64,000 nucleotides of DNA from Mobula hypostoma (Eukaryota). Positions within the stretch are counted from its first letter, which is position 1. Every line of letters starts with the position of its first letter. The translations under genes and the position numbers were made by a program. The stretch lies in assembly GCF_963921235.1 (NCBI RefSeq), contig NC_086100.1, forward strand, positions 202,370,001 to 202,434,000, in the 5' to 3' direction. A model generated the notes under the pieces. It ran no database searches, was not told where the DNA came from, and worked only from the letters and a program-made list of their open reading frames with translations. Of the stretch, positions 24,743-34,107 are shown one piece after another.

Positions 24743-26998
24743 AATGATTGAGTTCAGTTTCAAATTTGATAAGGATAAGCTGGTATCAGGTGTATCGATA
24801 TTTCAGTGGAACAAAGGAAATTACTGTGGTATGAGAGAGGAACTGGACCAAGTCGATTGGAAAAGTAAGCTAGATGAAGGGACGGTCGAGCAGAATTGGA
24901 TGAAATTCCTACAAGAAATAAGGAAACTGCAGAAAAAATATTATTCCAAGAAAAAAGAAAACCATGAATGGAAAAATGGCACAAATGTGGCTAATGAGAG
25001 AGGTTAAGGCAAAAATAAAAGCAAAAGAGACAGCGTACAAGGAAGCAAAAATTAGTGGGAAAACTGAGGACTGGATGACTTTTAAAAACTTACAGAAGTC
25101 ATTAGGAAAGAAAAGATGAATTATGACAGGAAGTTGGCAATCAACATAAAAAGGGATACTAAGATTTTTTTTAAATATATGAAGAGTAAAAGAGTGACAT
25201 GGCTAGATATAGGACCGATTGAAAATGATGCTGGAGAAATTATAATGGGTAATAAAGAGATGGCAAAGGAACTAAATGAGTATTTTGCATCAGTCTTCAC
25301 AGAGGAAGACATTAGCAACATACCTGATAGCCAGAGGTCTCAGGGAATAGAATGACGTACAGTCAAGATTATTAGAGAGAAAGTGCTTGGGAAGCTAAAT
25401 GGACTAAGAATAGATAAGTCTCCCAGACCGGATGAGGTGCACCCATGGGTTCTGAAGGTGGCGGCTTTGGAGATTGTGGAGGCATTGGAAATGATCTTCC
25501 AGGAATCAATAGACTCTGGCATGGTTCCGGAGGACCTGAAGGTCGCAAATGTAGTTCCGCTGTTTAAGAAAGGAGGGAGGCAGCAAAAAGAAAATTACAG
25601 ACCTGTTAATCTGACATCGGTAGTTGGAAAGTTGTTGGAGATGATCCTCAAGGATGAAGTTATGAAATACCTTGAGGTGCATGACAAGATAGGCCCAAGC
25701 CAGCATGGTTTCATGAAGGGAAGATCCTGCCTCAGCAACCTATTGGAATTTTTTGAGGTAATCTCAAATAAGATTGACAAGGGAGAGGCTGTGGATGTTG
25801 TGTATTTGGATTTTCAAAAGGCCTTCGATAAGGTGCCGCATATGAGGCTGCTTAATAAGATGAGAGCCCATGGAATTACAGGAAAGATATTGGAATGGGT
25901 GGAGCATTGGCTGATAAGCAGAAAGCAAAGGGTGGGAATAAAGGGATCCTATTCTGATTGGTTGCCGGTTACTAGTGGTGTTCGGCAGGAGTCGGTGTTG
26001 GGGCCGCTTCTTTTTACAATGTATATCTATGGTTTAGATTATGGATTAAATGGTTTTGTGGCTAAATTTGCAGATGACACCAAGATAGGTGGAGGAGCAG
26101 GAAGTGTGGAAGAAATGGAAAGGTTGCAGAGAGACTTGGTCAGTTTAGGAGAGTGGGCAAAGAAATGGCAGATGAGATACAATTTTGAGAAATGTACGGT
26201 TGTAAATTTTAGAAGAAGAAATAATCCGGCAGATTATTATTTAGATGGGGAGAAAATTCAAAAATCGGAAGTGCAAAGGGACTTGGGGGTCCTCGTGCAG
26301 GACACCCTAAAGGTTAACCACCAGGTTGGATCGGTGGTAAGGAAAGCGAATGCTATGTTGGCATTCATTTCAAGAGGAATAGTGTATAAGAGTAAGGAGG
26401 TGTTGATGAGGCTCTATGGGGCACTGGTGAGACCTCATTTGGAATACTGTGTGTAGTTTTGGGCCCCCTGTTCTTAGAAGGGATGTTCTGATGTTGGAAA
26501 GAGTTCAGAGAAGATTTACCAGGATGATTCCTGGAATGCAGGGGCTAACATATGAGAATCGTTTGTTGGCTCTTGGACTGTATTCATTAGAGTATAGAAG
26601 AATGAGAGAGGATCTCATAGAAACATTTCGAACGTTGAAAGGGTTGGACAGAGTGGATGTGGAAAGGTTGTTTCCCTTGGTGGGTGAGTCCAGGACAAGA
26701 CGCCATAGTCTTAGAATTAGAGGGTACCCATTTAAAACAGAAATGAGGAGAAATTTTTTTAGCCAGAGGGTCGTGGATTTATGGAATTCGTTGCCACATA
26801 CAGCTGTGGAGGCTCATTCATTGAGGGTGTTTAAGGAGGTGATTGATAGGTATCTAATTAGTCAGGTTATCAAGGGATATGGGGGAAAAGCCGGAAATTG
26901 GAACTAGATGGGAGAATAGTTTAGCTCATGGTGGAGTGGCGGAGCAGACTCGATGGGCTGAATGGCCTATTTCTGCTCCTTTGTCTTGTGGTCTTGTG
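24743..26998 (+). mobile_element. 5'-truncated CR1 LINE with a 357-codon open RT segment (25383-26456)
   Basis: YRPVNLTS, QHGF, DFQKAFDKVPH, KFADDTK and LVRPHLEYC; TCTTGTGG tail. Confidence 0.9.
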
Positions 26999-27136
26999 AA
27001 GGCTTGCACAACAGAGTTTTTGACTTTATCATGGTTTGTGTGACAATCATAAACCAAATTAATCTTTAACATTTACCTTCCAGGATGGAAGGGGGTGTCA
27101 GTGGGGCTACTGGTGCTTGGCAGGTGTGTGGAGAGC

Positions 27137-28095
27137 CATTGACATTGCATCTGCCATTGACCTATTGTGGCAACAGGCCCTTGCTGAGACAGGAGTTCAG
27201 TCTAGTCATGACCAACTTGTCAAAGCATTTCATCGCTGTCAATGTGAGTACTAGCGGGCAACAGTCATTAAGGCAGCTCACATTATTCTTCTTAGGCACT
27301 GGTATAATTGTTGTCTTTTTGAAGCAAGTGGGAACTTCCGCCCGTATCAGTGAGAGGTTGAAAATGTCCTTGAATACTCCCGCTAGTTGGTTGGCACAGG
27401 TTTTCAGAGCCTTACCAGGTACTCCATCTGGATCTTCCACCTTGTGAGGGTTCACTCTTTAAAGACAGCCTGACATCGGCCTCTGAGACAGAGGTCACAG
27501 GGTTATCAGGTGCAGCAGGGATCTTCACAGCTGTAGTTGTGTTCTCCCGTTCAAAGCAGGCAGAGAAGGTGTTGAGTTCATCTGGTAGTGAAGCATCGCT
27601 GCCATTCATGCTATTGGGTTTCTCTTTGTAGGAAGAAATATCTTGCAAATCCTGCCGGAGTTGCTGTGCATCCGATGTCACCTCCAAGCTCGTTTGAAAT
27701 TGTCTCTTTGCCCTTGAAATATCCCTCCGCAAATCACATCTGGTTTTCTGGTACAGGCCTGGGTCACCAGACTTGAATGCCACAGATCTGGCCTTCAGCA
27801 GATGATGTACCCCCAGTTCATCCACGGCTTTTGGTTTGGGAATGTACAGTAAATCTTTATAGGTACACTCATCCACACAGGTTTTAATGAAGTTGGTAAC
27901 AACTGCAGCATACTCATCCAGATTCAAAGATGAATCCCTGAATACAGTCCAGTCCACCGATTCAAAGCAGTCCTGTAGGTGCTCCTGTGCTTCCCTTGAC
28001 CAAACCTTCCTGGTCCTCACTGTTGGTGCTGCAGTCTTCAGTCTCTGCCTATACTCAGGGAGTAGACGTACAGCCAGGTGATCAGACTTCCCCGC
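27137..28095 (-). mobile_element. Rex1/Babar-like LINE internal fragment
   Basis: PDGVPGKALKTCANQLAGVFKDIFNLSL...FKKTTIIPVPKK and LQDCFESVDW. Confidence 0.8.
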
Positions 28096-28197
28096 AGTGA
28101 GGGCGTGTGAAGTGTTAAGGGAAGAAGACAGGGGAATGACCTGAGAGGGATATTAAACCAGCCATGATGGAATGGCAGAGCAGACTCGATGGGTGAA

Positions 28198-29552
28198 CAG
28201 ACATCCCACCTCTCCCGCATCTCGGTAGTGGCTCCCTGACGCCGGAAATTATATACAACATCCCGGAAATAGATTTTTTGAGAGGGAGGGGGAGAGGGTG
28301 AGCGAGCATCCTGATTGGTCTCTCTTCGTGCTAAGAGTGGTCCCCAACCACCGGGCTGCGAGGAAACAATGTGATTTGGCGATATGAAACGATATGAGTC
28401 AGCTGCACCCTTCCTCATTCTCTGTCACGCACTGTTGAATTTTAACGCACGCGAGGTCGTCAGTGACCCGAGACGAGCAAAGGACTGGATCCGTGACCCA
28501 TTTGTGAATGTGTCTGGTGAATCATCCATGTCAGTGCGGGAAAAAGATCAACTCCTCGAGCTTGCAAATGACGGCCGGCTGAAAAGTATGTTTGACATAA
28601 CATCTCTGCCGGCATTCCGGATCAAAGTCAAGGCTGAATATCCTGAGATAGTCACGGAAGCACTGAAAACGTTGCTTCCATTTCCAACATATCTCTCTGA
28701 AGCGGCGTTTTCTGCAATGAATGCAACGAAAACTAAATTGCGGAATAGACTGGACATAAGGAACCCCCTTCGAGTATCGCTGTCTCTCCCATCACCCCTC
28801 GATAGGACCATCTTGTTGCAGGAAAACAAGCCCAGGGCTTCCACTGATTCAGCGATATTGGTGTGTTGCAATGATTCTATATGTTCATACGGGGAAAATA
28901 TGCGCTGTGTGTTTAACATCCAAACGTTACTTAAAATGTTATGATGCGATTGACTTATCACCTATATTCCGGTTGTGATTAATACCCCCGCCCCCCCCCC
29001 GTCGGCCGGTCCGCAAGAATATTGTCAATATTAAACCGGTCTGCGGTGCAAAAACGACTGCGGCCCCCTGCTAAGTAGACCTATCAGTTTTCTCTGTGGT
29101 CGGGCTTTACAGTCGACCTCAAAAATAATGACAGTGTTGCTCGCTGCACTGTTTGCAACAGTGACTTTTCTATTGCCCATGGTGGGTTAAAATGTAAAAG
29201 ACATGTTGAGGTGAGTTTAACACATTCGTTCATTAGCATAGCTAACGTTATTTAAACTGGTTGGCTGGCTGCTAAGGAGCTATGCTATTGATGTCCTATG
29301 TAATGAGGCCAAACTCCCTGAAGACTTGCTTAAAGTTGTAATAGAATAAACATGATAATATAATATAACATAGGTACATATTTTAATGTTACACTTTTGG
29401 ATACACCCAACTCGGTTTACAGATTAGACAAAATCACTAAACAAAGTACATACATACACCCTTGGAGGTCGACCTGGGGGGGGGGAATATGGGGTTGCGG
29501 GGGGCGGGGTTGCTACCTCCATGAAATGAGTTTTTGCAGGGTGGGATGTCTG
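28198..29552 (+). mobile_element. Non-autonomous hAT-like DNA transposon (outer element) carrying an inner Charlie-like element; copy 1
   Basis: 13-bp TIR CAGACATCCCACC / GGTGGGATGTCTG; 6-bp TSD GGTGAA (28192-28197 and 29553-29558); BED-finger-like remnant ARCTVCNSDFSIAHGGLKCKRH at ~29139-29204. Confidence 0.85.
28336..29070 (+). mobile_element. Inner hAT (Charlie/Buster-like) deletion derivative with a transposase C-terminal dimerisation domain remnant
   Basis: Left end AGTGGTCCCCAACC and a degenerate right end ...GGCCCCCTG; ORF 28384-28944 has WIRDPF and EYPEIVTEALKTLLPFPTYLSEAAFSAMNATKTKLRNRL. Confidence 0.8.
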
Positions 29553-29639
29553 GGTGAAGTTGGTTAATTCTGCTCTGATTCTTACAGTTTAGTGGAACTC
29601 TGGAGTGAGGTTTGCTGCAGATTGACACTGGGTGCACTC

Positions 29640-30130
29640 CTCCCTCACCATGTTTCTCTGCCGCACCCGACCGGACAAATTTTGGGGAATATTTGTCATT
29701 TGCAGAGGTCGGGCAGCAGATAGAAGGAGGAGACACTTTACAGGGAGCAGGCGCGGGAGCTGTTCCTGATGGAGGCGGGACCTCGAGTTGGACGGGGAGG
29801 GCCTGTTTGCAGGTAAGAAGTCTCAGCCCCGACGCGCCTCGCAGTTGAGGGGAGTAGCTAAATGTACTTCGGCCGCGAAGAATAAAGCCCAGGAGACATT
29901 TCCGGTTGGTTAATTGTGAGGTGCGGCAGCCAAGGCGAAGCGGAGTGGCCTTCGGAACAGCAGTTACTGTACTGGGAGCGGCTGTGTTCGAGGAGGAAGT
30001 GCTGGTGGACGAGCAGGTAAAATCTTCTCTAACCTTATACTTTGCAAACACGGTACAGCTGGGACAGCGGCTTGTTCCTTCTGTGGCCTGCCGCCGATTA
30101 GGGACGCTATCGGTTATCTTTACCTCACAA
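29640..30130 (+). promoter_or_regulatory. CpG-rich putative promoter / non-coding first-exon region
   Basis: Non-TE CpG-dense sequence with ETS-like TTCCGG/GGAAGT and GGCGGG motifs; candidate donors CAG|GTAAGA (29813) and CAG|GTAAAA (30017). Confidence 0.45.
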
Positions 30131-30211
30131 TCTACCTCATGAAAATCTGCATTTTATTGTCTGCCTGCATCGGACCTTCTCTGTAACTGTGACACTCAAC
30201 TCTATATTCTA

Positions 30212-30430
30212 GTAACACACATCAAAGTTGCTGGCGATCGCAGTAGGCCAGGCAGCATCTCTAGGAAGAGGGACAGTCGACGTTTCCGGCTGAGACCCTT
30301 CGTCAGGACTCGTCCTGAAACGTCAACTGTCCCGCTTCCTAGAGATGCTGCCTGGCCTGCTGCGATCGCCAGCAACTTTGATGTGTGTTGCTTGAACTTC
30401 CAGCATCTGCAGAATTGCTCGTGTTTGCGT
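30212..30430. mobile_element. Fold-back Penelope-like terminal-repeat insertion with a hammerhead
   Basis: Inverted arms AACACACATCAAAGTTGCTGG.../...CCAGCAACTTTGATGTGTGTT; 11-bp TSD TCTATATTCTA (30201-30211 and 30431-30441). Confidence 0.75.
30274..30310 (-). ncRNA. Minimal hammerhead ribozyme (weaker stem II)
   Basis: Minus strand AGUC-CUGACGA-AGGGUCUCAGCCG-GAAAC-GUC-GACUG. Confidence 0.65.
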
Positions 30431-31099
30431 TCTATATTCTATTGATGTTTACCTTGCTCTACCTCAGTGCACTTGATCTGTGCGATCAGTCTGTAAAACA
30501 AGCACGGTACCTGTACCTGAGACAGCCATGAACCAATTTAGTAGTTTAATCTCCCTCAGGGAACACAACCGAATGGAGTCCCTGAACCCTTGAGTAGAAA
30601 CACGGTCTGGGGTAGGTAGGGCCCGGGAAGATTTGCAGGTCTGCTGCTGAGGGTTTAAACCCGCTTGCCCGGGGGGTGTTTCCCTGCGCGGAAGTGAAGC
30701 AGCGAAGAGCCAGAACGCGAGCAACAGAACATCCAAGAGCAAAGAGGGAGGAGAGGCAGGAGATGTGAACTGGATTTGTTTTCATATACGAGGCTTCTCG
30801 GCGAGGTGGATGAACTTGGGAGGGTTGGTTCTGGAGACAGGGACGTTATCGTAGAACAGAACGGGAAGGGAAGGGCAGGACTGTCAGTTGAATGCTGTAG
30901 GGGTGAGGCGCAGTAGGAGAGAAAGCGGTTTTGTAATGTCAGTCGTGTGGGGATCGTTCAGCGAGACCATTTGGTGGAGCTGAGAAACAAAAAGGGGACG
31001 GTCACTATCTAAGAAGTGTCTCGTTACTGGAGCGTTTGTTTTCAGACAAGCGAGGGCAAGCTGGGGAAGGATTTGAGTTAACAAGTCTCGATGCTGCTG

Positions 31100-31324
31100 A
31101 GTTTCGTTTTTACAGAAGTGAAAGTGAGATTGGGAAAGATTTGAGTCTGAAAGACTCGCTGTTGATAAGTTTCGCTTCTCAGGAGCGACAACAGGAACGA
31201 GCTAAAAGTTTGTGGCTCGTCGAGCATTTGCTGCCAGTAAAAGGAAGTTAAATAAAGTAGATCAGTCGTTGTAGGAGAAGATCACTGGGACCTTGAGGCT
31301 GCGGATGGAGAGTCTTACCACCAG
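31100..31324 (+). promoter_or_regulatory. ISRE/IRF-element cluster with a candidate non-coding first exon of LGALS3BP
   Basis: AGTTTCGTTTTT (31100-31111), GAAGTGAAAGTGA (31115-31127), AGTTTCGCTTCT (31168-31179), TATA-like TAAATAAA (~31249) and donor CAG|GTAGGT at 31325. Confidence 0.55.
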
Positions 31325-31424
31325 GTAGGTCTCTCACCCTTTCTTCTTTAAACTACTCAGATGGAGTTACTTCTGAGGCTTGTAATTGAGATTAAATGAG
31401 GTAACTAACAATATCATAATTAAA

Positions 31425-33875
31425 AGCAAGAAGGCTGCGAGTGGAACGGCTAAGGATTTCCGGAGCGAAGGCATTTTAGTCTCGGGGTAAAGAGAGGCAA
31501 GACTGCGCAGGCGCATGACGTCAGCCAGCAGAGCGGGAAAGGTTTACAAAGAAGACCGCCATATCCAGCGGGCAGAGGAGTGAGAGGTAGCAGAATGACG
31601 GGGCTTTGGCTCAACGGGCTTAGGCGGTAATGGGACGAGGCGAGGTAAGTCTACTTGTGTTAATTGCGGAATGGAACTATGTGTGTGAGGCCAGTTTTCT
31701 GTGCTGGGTGTCGGATGTGGGAGGTCCTGGAGTCTCCCAGCCTCCCGGACGGCTATACCTGCACCTGGTGTGTCGAGCTGCAGCTCCTAAGGGACCGAGT
31801 TAGGGAACTGGAGATGCAGCTTGATGACCTTCATCCGGTCAGGGAGAGTGAGGAGTTGATAGAGAGGAGTTACAGGCAGGTGGTCACACCGGGGCCACCG
31901 GAGGCAGACCAGTGGGTCACGGTCAGGAGAGGGAAGGGGAAGAGTCAGGTACTAGAGAGTACCCCTGTGGCTGTACCCCTTAACAATACGTACTCCTGTT
32001 TGAGTACTGTTGTGGGGGGCAACAGCCTACCTTGGGAAGCAACAGTGGCTGCACCCCTGGCACAGAGTCCGGCCCTGTGGCTCAGAAGGGTAGGGAAAGG
32101 AAGAGGAAGGCAGTAGTGATAGGGAACTCTTATAGTTAGGGGGTCAGACAGGCAAATCTGTGGACGCGGATGGTAGTTTGCCTCCCAGGTGCCAGGGTCT
32201 GGGATGTTTCAGATCGCATCCACGATATCTTGTAGTGGGAGGGAGAACAGCCAGAGGTCGTGGTACATATTGGTACCAATGACATAGGTAGGAAAAGGGA
32301 AGAAGTTCTGAAAAACAACTACAAGGAGTTAATAAAGAAGTTGAGAAGCAGGATTGCAAAGGTAGTAATCTCGGGATTACTGATTGTGCCACGTGACCGT
32401 GAGTATAGGAATAGAATGAGGTGGAGGATTATACAAGTTTGTGAAGAGCAAGAGGATAAGATGTGAAAGAATATGACCTATCAAATGTGACAGTGGGAAA
32501 GTGTGTATGGAACCAGAAGAAATAGCGGAGGTACTTAATGAAAACATCACTTCAGTATTCACTATGGAAAAGGATCTTGATGATTGTAGTGATGACTTGC
32601 AGCAGACTGAAAAGCTTCAGCATTTAGATATTAAGAAAGAGGATGTGCTGGAGCTTTTGGAAAGCATCAAGTTGGATAAGTCACCTGGACTGGATGAGAT
32701 GTACCCCAGGCTACCGTGGGAGGTGAGGGAGGAGATTGCTGAGCCTCTGGCGATGATCTTTGCATCATCAATGGGGACAGGAGAGGTTCTGGAGGATTGG
32801 AGGGTTGCGGATGATGTTCCTTTATTCAAGAAAGGGAGTAGAGATAGCCCAGAAAATTATAGACCTGTGAATCTTACTTCAGTGGTTGGTAAGTTGATGG
32901 AGAAGATCCTGAGAGGCAGGATTTATGAACATTTTGGCAAGGCGTAATATGATTAGGAATAGTCAGCATGGCTTTATCAAAGGCAGGTTGCACCTTAAGA
33001 GCCTGATTGAATTTTTTGAGGATGTGACTAAACACATTGATGAAGGAAGAGCAGTAGATGTAGTGTATATGGATTTCAGCAAGGTATTTGATAAGGTACC
33101 CCATGCAAGGCTTATTGAGAAAGTAAGGAGACATGGGATCCAAGGGGACATTGCTTTGTGGATCCAGAACTGGCTTGTCCACAGAAGGCAAAGTGTGGCT
33201 ATAGATGGGTCATAATCTGCTGGAGGTCGGTGACCAGTGGTGTGCCTCAGGGATCTGTTCTGGGACCCTTACTCTTTCTGATTTTTATAAATGACCTGGA
33301 TGAGGAAGTGGAGGTAAGGGTTAGTAAATTTGCCGATGACTCAAAGGTTGGAGGTGTTGTGGATAGTGTGGAGGGCTGTCAGAAGTTACAGTGGGACATT
33401 GATAGGATGCAAATCTGGGCTGAAAAGTGGCAGATGGAGTTCAACCCAGATAAGTGTGAGATGATTCATTTTGATAGGTCAAATATGATGGCAGAATATA
33501 GTATTAATGGTAATACTCTTGGCAGTGTGGAGCATCAGAGGGATCTTGGGGTCCGAGTCCATAGGATGCTCAAAGCAGCCACTCAGGTTGATTCTGTGGT
33601 TAAGAAGGCATACTATGTATTGGCCTGCATCAATCGTGGAATTGAATTTAGGAGCCGAGAGGTAATGTTGCAGCTATATAGGACCCTGGTCAGATCCCAC
33701 TTGGAGTACTGTGCTCAGTTCTGGTCACCTCACTACAGGAAGGATGTGGAAACCATAGAAAGGGTGCAGAGGAGATTTACAAGGATGTTGCCTGGATTGG
33801 GGAGCATGCCTTATGAGAATAAGTTGAGTGAATTCTGCCTTTTCTCCTTGGAGCGACGGAGGATGAGAGGTGACT
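31425..33875 (+). mobile_element. CR1 LINE with intact-looking 5'UTR and an internal deletion at ~32430, sense-oriented upstream of the first coding exon
   Basis: ORF1 CAGCRMW...TCTWC and VHIGTND, then a jump to ORF2; KFADDSK; truncated at RRMRGD. Confidence 0.85.
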
Positions 33876-34052
33876 AGCAACAAGGAGATTCAAGATCAGA
33901 TTTATTGTTCTCTCTCTATACATGTAGACCATCACAAGAAACTAGGCTCCTGCAGACCATATACAACACAGAGGTTTTGGATGTGAGGGCTGAGTGTGAG
34001 TACTTGTCTGCTCTGTTTCAGCTGCCATCTGTGCTTTGTGCTCAGGAACAAG

Positions 34053-34107
34053 ATGACCGTCCTATTCGCTCTGGGTTTGATGTTACTCCTGCTGGGATTG
34101 GGTGAAG
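34053..34107 (+). CDS. LGALS3BP: LGALS3BP coding exon 1 (signal peptide)
   Basis: Acceptor ...TGTGCTCAG| at 34045; AAGATGA start; [18 protein letters not shown]; donor AAG|GTGAG at 34108. Confidence 0.85.

Noticed and set aside
25383..26907. Active CR1 reverse transcriptase gene
   Set aside because: It is 5'-truncated, has stops before and after the open segment, and the PQG motif is altered (VRQES).
28384..28944. Domesticated transposase gene (ZBED/FAM200-like)
   Set aside because: Only a C-terminal fragment inside a TIR-bounded repeat is present, and the second copy is disrupted.
29437..30142. 204-aa minus-strand ORF and short plus-strand ORFs in the CpG-rich region
   Set aside because: No recognisable domain, the ORF runs into the hAT terminus, and open frames are expected in GC-rich promoter DNA.
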